Below are positions 45,688 through 57,162 of a stretch of 64,000 nucleotides of DNA, piece by piece; the first letter of the stretch is position 1, and every line of letters starts with the position of its first letter. The translations under genes were made by a program, and so were the position numbers. Where the stretch lies: contig OZ076415.1 in NCBI GenBank assembly GCA_964187785.1, positions 34,286,001 through 34,350,000 of the forward strand, written 5' to 3'. The notes below the pieces were generated by a model, which saw only the letters and a program-made list of their open reading frames with translations, ran no database searches and was not told the DNA's origin. The stretch comes from Amphiscolops sp. MND2022 (lineage: Eukaryota).

Positions 45688-45853
45688 ACTCCGTCAGTTC
45701 TCTGGTCCGACAACGGCACTAACTTTGTTGCAAGTGACAGAGAACTGTTACAGAACGTCAGAAACTGGAATCAACAAGTCCTCACTGTTTTTCTGTGGAT
45801 TGTTACTGTCGAATTGTCAATAATTGATAACAGCATAGTTGATTTTCAGAACT

Positions 45854-45878
45854 GTGTCCAGACTTAGTTGTCTGGTTC
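45854..45878 (+). repeat. Fifth copy of the 25-nt hairpin motif, upstream of E2 gag
   Basis: GTGT-CCAGAC-TTAGTT-GTCTGG-TTC. Confidence 0.85.
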
Positions 45879-45984
45879 ATGTTCTGAAGTTGATTCTACT
45901 GTTTCGAACATAATTTAGTGCTGAGAACGATACAATCCGTGTCCTAATAACACACTATATTGTTCAAAAAAAAGAAAACATTCA

Positions 45985-48900
45985 ATGGCTGATAGGATGC
46001 AAGAGAAAGTTGCCAAAATGCATGCTAGCAGTGCTAAAGCCGAAGCGGAGCTCAACAAGATCCAACAAAAGCTCAATGACGCCATTGGAAATGCCGAACG
46101 ACGTGTTCGCGTTGATCGATTAATCACCTCGTGTGAGGAAGCTATGACTACAGCTTTTGCAAAAACCGAACAACTCCTAGAGTTAGCCAACAAATCATCC
46201 AACCCAGAGTCACTAAAGCCAGACTTAGAAAAGTGGTTAAACGACATTGCAATCAGAAACAATGAACTACTGACGAAAGCTCGCGATTATCTGGAGAAAT
46301 GTCTGCAAACCGACAACGCTTCGCAAACTTCAATAGTTCCATCAACGAACAAGACAAAGTCCAGTAAAGTTTCAAGCTCTCTTCGATCAAAGACGTCAAG
46401 TCAACGGCAGAAAGAGCTACTCATTGCAAAACAAAGGCGGGAAGAATTTGAGAAGCAAAATGAAGCGGCATCCGACTGACTCAGCAAAAGCAAGATATTG
46501 AAATCAAACGAATGCAGCAAGAACAAGAGCGTCTCAAGGAAGAACTTGCACTTAGAGTCGCCGAGGTGCAGGCAGAGAACCTCAAAAAACTGGCTGAGGC
46601 GACACTGATTTAATTAGAACTGCAAGATGATCTGTCGGCGACAAATGAAGATTTCCAGGAGACGCTATCACTGTTGAGTGAGGAGAGCCACGAACATCAG
46701 TCAACCCGAGTTAACAACTGGGTTAATAATTCTCCCAATTTGATATCTGCTACCAATCAACGTGCCCCTGAAGCACCGGTTGTTGAATCGAATCAGGAAC
46801 AGACTGTTGGTACGCAACCATTGCCCTTAGCTGCATCTCCATCAAATGAAAACGCTACTGTATTAGCGCCTACATTTGTTACGGTGCAAAATAGTGTTCC
46901 CCCCAAACGGAAAACACCACAGGTACGGCTCCACTGTCGCTTACAACAACTGAGCCTTTGAACCACCCCACCAACACGTTTGCTGGTTTACTTGGCCAGC
47001 TTCCGCGTTTCCCAGGTCAAACTAGTTTAACCGCTACTAACTCCGCTGCTACTGGTTTGTTTTTGAATCATGCTAGCACTTTGCAACATCCTTGTCCTTC
47101 AGTAAGTATCGCTTCAGCACCGACAATAGCTCATTCTCGACCTAATCCGAGAGTCACACTTCCAGTAAATCACGTTTTACCTAACTTGTCAGCCTAGAGT
47201 TTTCCGGTTTCCAAATCCTTCCAACAATCAGCAGTCACCACCTCTGTAGTGCTACCCCCCGCTACCAGCTTACCCACAGTCATTCCATCCAACAATAGTG
47301 TCTTATCTACAGCACAAGTTTTCCCAATAACGAATAGAGGAACTGCTTACTACGTGCAGCCGACTGCCGTGGTAACATCGACAACAAACTGTAGTGTACC
47401 TCAAACTTTAACAACGTTTCCTAGTGTTACTGCCCCTCCTTTCGTACCTGCAAGTTCGTTTACTTTGCCACAACCGTCTGCAAATAGTTTCACATTGCAA
47501 GACCTTGCACAGATTTTGACTTCGACGAAGAAAGACCATCTCCCTGAGTGGAAACTGGCACAGTTTAATGGCGACCCTCTTCAATGGCATGAATGGTTTG
47601 GCCAGTTCAAGAGTGCCATTTATTCGTCTTCACTTACAAACGACGTGAAGCTTACTTAGCTGAAAACACTAGTTACTGGAAAAGCCAAAACGGCGATTGC
47701 TGAGTTTGCATATTGCGGGACAATGTACAAGGACGCACTGAAGACCCTTGAACGGAAATTCGGCCAAACACAGACTGTGGTCAGTGCCTACTTGGACAAC
47801 TTAGCGAATGTTCCTCCAGTGAAAATGCATAACAGCGAAAGCATCATAAGTTATGCAGCTACAATTTGCTCCTTGGTTGGTGTTTTCCGATCTCTGAACT
47901 ACGTTCAAGACCTTTCGAGTGCTTCACTGCTCGGTCAAGCGGTTCAAAAGCTTCCCCCGAACATGAAAGAAAGGTGGTCAATGTATACGGTGAAGCGAGA
48001 TTTGAGCCGACCGACTCTGATTGACTTCAATGATTGGCTGAAGGACAAAGCTGAAGCTCACGAGAGGATGAAATCTGCCACTGGAAAACCTAAAGTTGAA
48101 GAAACTCCAACCGGAAACGTAACGAAAACCAAGACCAATTCTAAAGTGTTCGCTGCAACAACAACTTCCACTAAAAATACCATCGCAACCAAGCCGTCAA
48201 CCCAGAAATTCCAAGTCATTTGTGTAGTTTGTAAAGATAAGCATCCAATGTGGCGATGTCATGTGTTCAGAAAGAAGATTCCAACTGAACGAGCGAAAGT
48301 TGTGGCCGAGAACAAACTTTGTTTCTCATGCTTTAATGGACAACACTCCTTCCGCAATTGCCCACAGCCACGCAAATGCACCAAAGATGGCTGTGGAAGT
48401 ACGCACAACACTTTGCTACATGGTGCAGAGAAGATTTTCCCGAGAAAATATGAGTCTAGGAAAGCGGGCAATGGTGAAACAACTACATGTAGCGTAACGA
48501 CAGCGATCCAAAAGAAAGACGAAGTCACCTCATGCCTCCCTTCCATCTCTGATGTGAAAGGATTATTACAAATAACGGAAGTGGAAGTGCACACTTCTGA
48601 GAAATCTGCAAAAGTCTTAGTTTTGTGCGACTCAGCGTGTAGCCATTCTTGGATTTCCTCCGAGCTAGCTGACAAACTTGACGTGCGCGGCACGCCGACC
48701 AAACTGACTGTACACGGAATTAACTCCAATAAGGTTGTTGACACTCAAATGGTCGAGCTCAAGTTGGCACCGGTTCATTCGGGTGGCTCTTGCTCCTCCT
48801 TTACAGTCAAACCTTATGTGCGAGATCAACTGACTATTGGAAACGATGTTATTGACGTAGATGAGTTGAAGACTCGCTATTCCCACTTAGAACCAATCGC

Positions 48901-49595
48901 TCTTAGCAAGTACAGCTACACAGAAGTGAAAATGATTCTTAGTCAGGACGTTTTCCACGCTATCCGCCCACTGGGCTATTTCGAATCCGACCGTCGAAAG
49001 ACCCCAGTTGCCGTCCGTTTACCGTTAGGCTGGGTACTGAGTGGACCCCTTCCGTCGACCACGGGTCTATTTTCGACCTGCTTTAAAGCTGTCACTCAGA
49101 ATGAGCACGATTGTACACTCTCCGACCGACTCCGAAGCTGGTACGACATTGAGTCGTACGGCGCGTACAAACAAGTGGATTCCCGTTCCGCAACCGACGC
49201 GAGGGCGACAAAGATACTTGATGAAACAACATACCCCGATGGGTCCCGATTCCAAGTGGGTAAGTTGTGGGCCGACGACGAAAGTTGTTTACCGAACAAT
49301 TATTTTTCTGCACTTATTCAACTGGAGAGGAATGTTTCTCCAAGTTGGAGTTATCCCACGTGACAGACCATCACTTCGATTTTTGTGGCGGGAGCACCCA
49401 GCAGCCGAAGTTGCTGTTTTTGAGTATGTTCGGCATATTTTCGGTTCTAAAGACTCGCCAACATGCGCTAACTAGGCACTGAAACGAACTGCCACAGATA
49501 ACCAAGCGAACTTCCCAGATGCAGCACGAAGCGTTCAGAACAACTTTTATATGGACGATTACCTCGAATCAAGTCCAACAGCTGACGAAGCCTCT
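45985..49595 (+). pseudogene. E2 gag, protease and RT N-terminal part (inverted relative to its own LTRs), with stops, frameshifts and a deletion in RT
   Basis: LPEWKLAQFNGDPLQWHEWF, CVVCKDKH/CFSCFNGQH knuckles, LCDSACSHSW, ends at NFYMDDYLESSPTADEAS. Confidence 0.95.
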
Positions 49596-49607
49596 CAATG
49601 GCCACCA
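49590..49607 (-). promoter_or_regulatory. E2 primer-binding site TGGTGGCCATTGAGAGGC (18 nt)
   Basis: Directly follows LTR end ...ATTTTCA; 17/18 identical to the E1 PBS. Confidence 0.9.
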
Positions 49608-49927
49608 TGAAAATCTTTAAAAGAACTAAATATTGTATTATCAATCAAAATGAAATAACAATGAAAGTTGAGGTAATTATTATTATTAACCGCCAAGTCA
49701 AAACTTGATCACACAAACATTAAAAATGACTCATTTTATGATATGAATTGCAAGGCCTTTTCGAGAGTATTTTTACCAAAATTGGCGAAATATTTCCAAA
49801 ATATAAAATTTTTTACATGTCCGGGAATCAAACCCACGTCGGTCAATTACCGGCCTTGTATTCTACCGCTAAGCCAACCTGTCTTAATATTTGTTTGTTT
49901 TAAATTAACGATATTGCTACCGCAACA
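49608..49927 (-). repeat. E2 5' LTR (320 bp, TG...CA)
   Basis: Bounded by PBS and TSD. Confidence 0.92.
49815..49883 (-). promoter_or_regulatory. tRNA-like Pol III type-2 promoter cassette in the E2 LTR
   Basis: A box TGGCTTAGCGG (49876-49866), B box GGTTTGATTCC (49834-49824; one mismatch to GGTTCGATTCC). Confidence 0.72.
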
Positions 49928-50715
49928 CATTAAGACGCCGTTCTAATTTTGAAAGCAGCTGAGACCGTCATCAATTTTACCGCGCTTTCAATGCAATTAA
50001 ACTTCAGTCATATTATAAGTATCAAAGTCGTGTCATATTCAGCGTGCTATCTGATTATTCTGATTAACGGTGATTACATAAGATACTTACTTGAGAAACT
50101 TACACGTGAAAACAAAGTGATCGCGGTGGTGAAGAAGTGGAAAAGTTTTCAATTTCAATTGAAATAGTGGAAGCTGCATTGTAATCCTACAAAATGTTTC
50201 CATGCGGGCTCCCGGAAATTTCCATGTTTTGTAAAAAAAAATTAGCCTGCATGTTTCCATGCAGCATTTAAAAAGTTCAAGCAATCTCGACTAGGATTGT
50301 TATTCAAATCTCGGTAATCTTCTTTCCAATAAAATAATTTATCTTGTTTTGAAGTTATAAATTTTGCAACTTTTGAAAGAAAAAACCTCAGCAAAAGTTC
50401 CAATAATTTTCACTTTTCATCTTTTCTTGTTTAAGGTGGCAGCTTTGGAATTCGAAACGGGGAAGCTTTTCAGTGACCTCAACAACGGAATACAGGTAAA
50501 CAAATTGCTTAATGCTTTTTCATTTTTTACTTTTTCGTTTTTCCTTATTTTATTCTCATTTTTCATTTACTCCGGAATTTGGAGTATCTTCCGTTGAGTC
50601 GTAATAATATACCTAATAATATACCCTAATAATATATCGAACTTCTATTCTGTACTAACGAAACTTAGACTGACAAAATTTTCAAATTATTAATATCGAT
50701 CATTTCCTTTTTCAG

Positions 50716-51062
50716 TTCGCGAAACAGTTGACTTCTCTTCTGAAACTAACATCTGTCTCTTCTTCCTCTTGTTTCTCCCATGTGACAAACTCAAGGAAAT
50801 TGAAACTGAAGAACCATCTTTCCAAAATCTTTTCCAGTTTGGAATCCATGTTCAAAAAATTGACTCAAAAACTAAAACACGGTTTAAAATACTCCAAAGG
50901 TCACTGTCGAAGTGTGAACAAGGCGTCGATCCCTGGGTTGATCACGTTCGAAGAGCACTTGCTTGTGAAGAGAAACTTGTTTGCCACCATAAATGGCAAT
51001 GAGACTTTCAAACAATACAACAGCGAGAAATCGTGGCTGGTCCTTGATTCGAAAATAATTGA
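50716..51062 (+). CDS. Candidate further exon (possibly the 3' part of the giant gene)
   Basis: cctttttcag| acceptor and ga|gtaaga donor flank an open frame; composition is not acidic and linkage is unproven. Confidence 0.3.
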
Positions 51063-51950
51063 GTAAGATACACTAGAAATCACAAACCTCATCATCACAC
51101 AAGTATTTTCTCAACAATCATTTATCATATTCATTTCCAGGTTGTGTGTCATGGCTTGTTCAGTCATGGATAATAGTGGCTGATATCATTGCATGATTCA
51201 TCCATCCATGACCAATCCAACAAAATTCAATTATAAATTATAATTCATCAAAATATCCCATTAAGCTAAGGCTCTTTTCTGGCAAAAAAAAACTGTTCTG
51301 ATAGACGTTAACTTCCCTTTATGAAAGAAGATTTTACTTTTGATTAGGCCAGCATAAAGTTTTCAAAGAAATATACTTTCAAAAATTTTGGTGGTGGGGG
51401 GAAAACAGAAAAGAGCCTAAGCCAAATTAAAGAGGCACTAGTAGGCCTTCCTCCGAAAAGGTCTCAATTGCTATGAAACAAATAACAATTATTATTCAAA
51501 CTTTTTTGTAGAAGTAACGTTTTTATTTTTTCTCTGGCTTGCCTGTTAAACAAACAGTCTACACTGGCATGAGAGCCACCAAATATGGACAGGGACATAC
51601 CTCATCCGCAATTAGACGGAGATGTAATTGCACAAACTATTTTGAAATTCTGGAAGGTCCTTATTAGATAAGAACGTAGTACGACCTTACCACGATAGGA
51701 GTTACATTGCCGTGAGGGTAAACATCGTGAGTTGATCGCATACTTTAGGTTCTCTTGAGAAAAAAAACAAATCAGAAGTACAATATTGTTCGACATATAG
51801 AAATGTTCATACCGTCCCGTTCATGTAAAGAGTTCGTATACAGTGCCCTAAATTCACGCAGACTCCAGATAAAAGAATCACAGCAATTTCAAGACTAATT
51901 TAGACATCTACTTTGCAAAGTAGCAAAAAGATTTGTTAACAAGCCAAATA

Positions 51951-53107
51951 AACAAGCCGGGACCGCCCCAAGTCGGCGCCCGCTCAAGTTTTTTGAATAC
52001 GCAAAGGACACTGTGTTTGAACTTTTATCACTCTCTCAGTGCCGGAAAATACCCCAAAGGATACGCATAAGACTCGCAAAACACTCTTTCCCAACTTGAA
52101 ACACAAAAAATCCATTTTCCAAAAAAAATCTAATTTTTCGGAAAAGTCTCAAAGTGCCGAAAAAAGAACTTTCAGCTCGAATATCTACCTTTCTCTAGCC
52201 GAAATCAGCTAAGCAAGCGGGAGCCTTTGACCAAATGAAAGTTTCGGAAAAAACGCACAGAGCCAAAAAAGCTTAAACAGAGTATGATAAAATTTTGAGA
52301 ATAAAATGGCTGTTCGTTGTAAAATTGTATAACAAGCCGGGAACGGCATAAGTCTGCGCCATATCTAAGGCTCAATAACAGCAAAAAGACATGAAAGTGT
52401 CAAAAAACTCAAAGTATCAAACTCACGAAAAACCTGAACGACGGAACTGGCGCTAAAAGAGGGATCCTTTCGCATTTTTTAACATCAAAAAATTGAAGGG
52501 TGAAAAAATTTGGTGAAAAAAAGTTTCCGAAAAAAGTCTCACAATGCCGAAAAAAACTGGAAGGGGGAACCTTTGGGATTTTTCAACATCCATTTTGTCG
52601 CAAAACATCAAAAATTTGAAGGGGGACCCTTTGGGGATTTTTTTGGAAAAAAAGTCTCACAATGCCGAAAAAAAAACTGAAAAGGGGGACTCTTTAGTCT
52701 CTCCCGGCATGGCATGTTACGCGGAAAAAGGAAAAAAAACCCTTTTGGTTCAGTTCGCTAGGCCAAATGATTCAATTTGGGACCATAAAATTTTGTAGAA
52801 CTCTTGTATAACTATTTTGGTCAGTTCGTATGGATTGAAAAAAAGAGTCACAATAATACTCGCGTTTCACTTCATGAAGCGCCGACTAAAAAAGGTCTCA
52901 CATTACCAAAAAAATCTAAAGGGGGGCCTTTATCTTCAAATGATTTTGTATTAACTCTAGACATCCTAAAATTCAAAAGGGGGACCTTTTTGTATCATCG
53001 AAAAATTCTCCAAGAATCGTTATATCAGGTGTATCGAAACATTTAAAAAAACTCACGAAAAGTCATCACTATAGTCGACTCTTCCAAAGAAGAGCGCCGA
53101 CTAAAAA
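51951..53107 (-). mobile_element. Cluster of HINE-like repeats (most complete unit 52331-52893)
   Basis: AACAAGCCGGG ends at 51951 and 52331; GCGCCGACTAAAAA ends at 52893 and 53107; related pieces near 5300-5552, 24290-24400, 40000-40170 and 40800-41100. Confidence 0.55.
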
Positions 53108-54770
53108 TGATTTTCAGTTCGAGAAGCTGAATCCGCGAGACTAAGCTATTAAACCTTAATTAGTTTGTCTACTACGAAGAACCATTCCTAATGACACCAC
53201 TGTACTATAGTACCAAAACTTCAACGAAAGCTTCGAATGAATTTATAATTTTTAGGCAATTTCAAGTTACTTATATGATTTCTATCAATCAGTGTTATGC
53301 ACAAAATTACAAAAAAATATCCTACATTATTGACAGGTTTCATAGTTTACCCAACGAAGTATCCTGAAAACGCGCATTTCGTAATAGAATATTACGCTGT
53401 GAGCATCAACTTAGAGTAGGTTCGAAATTTGTATGGAGCAGCAATAATTTTGAAGATGAGTAATTCACATTGTTACCCTGGAGTCCTATAATTTTCTAGG
53501 AATTTTCTCTCCAAAGATTGAGAAGCTCAAGCGATCAGGAAGAAATGAAGTTTTCCTTCAGTATCGTTTTGATTTTTCGATTTTTTGATATCTTAAAATT
53601 TTTTTTTATCTTTGTAAGATTCGATTTTGGAGTAATGATACATCGTAGTAAAATGTACATAAGAGGGTTTACCAAAATTTGTGAATAATTTGATTCTCCG
53701 ACAATTTTTAATCTCTCTGGTTTTAACAGTTGCACTCAAACTTTTGAACAGACTGCGAATAATTAATTATATGCGACGTTGTTGTTTTTTTTAAAAAAAT
53801 CTGGCATTACGCCCTCGTCACTGAAAAACCGATGGTAGCTTGTGATTTTCGTTCCGCTCTATTTAATTAACTGCATGTCGCGTTTCATCACAGCTGACTT
53901 AACTTTATTGTCTTTCATCTTTTCAGTCGAAATAACTCACTTTAATCTAACGAGATAGCTTCTGTATTACTTTTTTCATGACACTCAAATTTTCTTCGTT
54001 TCAGAGGTAGCTAATCTGAGTCAAATCTACTGTCAATGCTCCTGATCATCACAGAACCAATCAATTCAGAGATAAAATTATCCTTCATTTCGAATGGTGG
54101 AAAATGTCAATTTCGCCGGATACATTTGCTATATATTCAATCAACAGATAATATCATTTTTAGCATTTTTAGTGATTGTCATACATGTTTCTATTTTGTT
54201 TCTACTGAAATTGAATCTATATGCGGACAGTGAATTCATTTTATTTTCCTAAACTTTTTCACTCTACTTAGGTAGGAGCTGTTAAAATGAAAGTTTGACA
54301 AATTCCAGTTTGAATCTGAGTGATTCGCCTATCAAGACTGTGGAGCACTGATTGACTTTACCGAATGTTCGATTCATGGTAGTCGTGTATTTACGCAACT
54401 AAGTTACTATGTAGTCGAACTCGTAAAACACGATGGCCATTGCTACGATGGTGACGTTGATTTTTTACTGATGCAAAGATTAGTTGATTAGTTACTAGGT
54501 AGCAGGTAGTAGACTCGACCAATAATGGAGCCGAAGTGTTAGCGCGATTGAAAATCCGGTTGCACGAAAAATGGGCTAACAATCAGGGTTTTGAAAAGGA
54601 ACATGTGAAGTACCAATTTATCTTCCGTTCTTACGAGTAAAGGTTGAAAAAAATTGAAGGTGAGGGTTTCATCACAGTTTTCATGAGCAAAATGAGTTAT
54701 GAAGATGCGTTTTAAGATCTTCTGCAATTGGATAAAAAAAGGGTGACACCACATCAAAGAAATGGTTTGA

Positions 54771-56879
54771 TCATTGGTGAATAACAATTTGACGAAACAT
54801 CTCGGCGAGGGTTGCGTTCGATATTCCGGCCGTTAGATGTTCAGGTTTGGAGATCAAATCAATCGAACATATTATGGTTTCTCTTGTGAATCTAGGCAAA
54901 CAGCCAAAGAGAAATCCATCAGCGGACATGCACGCAGATGAACCATAAAAATTACGATCACTGTGAATTGCGTAATCGATGAATGAATAATCTACCCACT
55001 GTAATTCTTTCAGATAATTATATGTATCATAATCCATGTCTGCAAGATCTTCTAACGCCTCTATGAACCATCTATGAGTCATTCCATTCATGATTAATTC
55101 ATTGTCTGCACTCAAAAAAGTTGAAGATTTAGATGAACCATCTAAAAACATGTAAGCACGTCTCAAACCCAAGTGGAAAAACCAGGCATCTTCAAAACTC
55201 AGACTTGCCAAACTAATGGAGCTTTCGATAAAGTTTTTGACGTACAGCAGTTCTTGGTATGTTCTAGGGTAGAAAAGCACCGAGCTTTGAGAACGGCAAA
55301 AGTCCATTTGTTCAGTCAAATTCAATCTTTTTTCGACACTCTTCTCGATAAAATAACACCTTTTGTATGGAACGCTCACTTTCCCATACTTTGCGGCACA
55401 CAGTTCCCTTGGCTTCAGCATTTGAGGCAGAAGGTCTTGACAATTGGCGATGGCTCTCAGTCTACCCGGGTTCATTTCAAACTGCATCGACTTCGAAATC
55501 TTGTAAGGGGCTTCTTTTAAATTGATGGTTTCGAACTGAACCACAATAGATCCTAGAAACGAAGTGCAAAAGCACACTATAACAGCAGCTGCTAGAAAAA
55601 CTATAAAATATCTAAACTTTGCTTTCTCCACAATCTTAGATTTGTTTGTTTTGCAATCTTTCGACTTCCTACTAGTAGGGTTATGGGTTTTCGGCAAACG
55701 AGATCCTCCTTTCCTGGTCATGAATAAAACCTTGAAAATCTTGACCAGAAAGGCACTGTGAGGTTTCAAAACGGCAAGAAGAATTATAGGATTCAAATGT
55801 GAATAAAGCAGAGACAATGACTGTCTGATGACGTAATAAATCAAGTTTCTCTCGTTTTCTTCTATTCCATCAGAGCGTAAGCTGATACCAACAAACAGAA
55901 GTGCATAGTATGGAATCCAGGTGCTTAGCCACAACAGCCAACTGATTGCAAATGCGATTGTCAAACTTCTATTGCGAGACTGGTTGCGATTTCGTTTCAG
56001 TAAAACATGGGCCACTTTGATGTAAAGACCAGCAGATAGTAATCCAGGAACTACCAAGCACACCAAGCAATCAAGGAACAGTCTCAAACTATGTCTCACT
56101 TGGAAGCTAGCGCAATTATGCAGAAACATATGGATCCCACCCACGACTTCTAAAACTGATTCGATCGGAGACTTTTTGGAAGCTACCCTTGGGTATATCA
56201 TTAACCCCATGAACAAAAAATTGACCCCCATAGCTAGGAAAGGGTAAATAATTATCACAGCTGCAATAATGAACAGGACTTTTCTCGTCAAAATGTTGTC
56301 CGTGGGGTAGCACACGTTACAGAAGCGAATGAAAGCGCATGCGGTTACGCAAATCCCTGTAGAATATTCGTTCAACATGTTTTTCAAAACGGTTGTGATG
56401 CAAACTATATACTGATCGGATTGCGTGAATAAAGTCGGAAGAATTAGGTCAATTGTATTGAACGATTTACTTATATCCTGTTTTACGAAGGAATAGTGGT
56501 AAAGTTCGTAAATTATGTTACTAATACCAGGACCCAGGATATCTATGAAAGCTTGGAAAATGATAGGAAAATTAGAAAGACTTCTACTTTTTTTGTCCGA
56601 CAGAAGAGCAGCGACAAGAATAGTGTTGAAAATAGTACAAACAATACTGCCAGCAATTGTTATAATCTTGGATATCCAAAGATTGGCAATTTGGCTGTAT
56701 TGCACAATGAATTCAGGTTTTTCTCCATAATCCAACCGGACTGAAACCAATTGTAATAAAAATAAAGATCCGGGTCTGGTGTCGTTTCTTGTATAAAATT
56801 GTAGAAAGAGTCTATTGGGACAAGATACATCTTGACTGCTTTGATGGAAAATGTCTGAAACATACAAAAACTGTTGCAA
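54771..56879 (-). CDS. Class A (rhodopsin-like) GPCR with an extra eighth hydrophobic helix and a C-terminal C-type-lectin-like domain; true start unresolved
   Basis: Seven helices with N in TM1 (IFN), D in TM2 (QAFID), IRF..VCYP for DRY, P..Y in TM5, TWIP in TM6, LNPII in TM7; then FRYFIVFLAAAVIVCFCTSFLGSIVV; then RCYF, FC, WFFHLG, ACM, GC, IIC. Confidence 0.8.
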   Translation of the reverse strand: MQQFLYVSDIFHQSSQDVSCPNRLFLQFYTRNDTRPGSLFLLQLVSVRLDYGEKPEFIVQYSQIANLWISKIITIAGSIVCTIFNTILVAALLSDKKSRSLSNFPIIFQAFIDILGPGISNIIYELYHYSFVKQDISKSFNTIDLILPTLFTQSDQYIVCITTVLKNMLNEYSTGICVTACAFIRFCNVCYPTDNILTRKVLFIIAAVIIIYPFLAMGVNFLFMGLMIYPRVASKKSPIESVLEVVGGIHMFLHNCASFQVRHSLRLFLDCLVCLVVPGLLSAGLYIKVAHVLLKRNRNQSRNRSLTIAFAISWLLWLSTWIPYYALLFVGISLRSDGIEENERNLIYYVIRQSLSLLYSHLNPIILLAVLKPHSAFLVKIFKVLFMTRKGGSRLPKTHNPTSRKSKDCKTNKSKIVEKAKFRYFIVFLAAAVIVCFCTSFLGSIVVQFETINLKEAPYKISKSMQFEMNPGRLRAIANCQDLLPQMLKPRELCAAKYGKVSVPYKRCYFIEKSVEKRLNLTEQMDFCRSQSSVLFYPRTYQELLYVKNFIESSISLASLSFEDAWFFHLGLRRAYMFLDGSSKSSTFLSADNELIMNGMTHRWFIEALEDLADMDYDTYNYLKELQWVDYSFIDYAIHSDRNFYGSSACMSADGFLFGCLPRFTRETIICSIDLISKPEHLTAGISNATLAEMFRQIVIHQ

Positions 56880-57162
56880 CTAGTAAGAGTTAAAGTTGAT
56901 TCTAGTGGTACATCTTTGGGTTTTCTAGTGAAAAGTGCCTGACTATTAAAATGGCTAGTTTTTTTCGTCACACCAAACAGCTCACCCTGTATGCATCACT
57001 TTTTGTGCATTATGCACTTTCACCATAAGTATCATGAAATTCACCATAAAATACTTGATTTTGAACGTCCAATCCGTTTGAACAATATCAGTTCAGAAGA
57101 GGGTGCATGAGCAGAAGAGAAAGAACACCCCCGAAGCAAAAAGTTACTGGCAGAGTACCCCC

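Larger units (their letters stand above)
43154..49927 (-). mobile_element. BEL/Pao LTR retrotransposon E2 (6,774 bp), internally inverted and deleted
   Basis: Perfect 5-bp TSD CATTA (43149-43153, 49928-49932); TG...CA 5' LTR; PBS; Pao gag-pol pieces on both strands. Confidence 0.93.
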
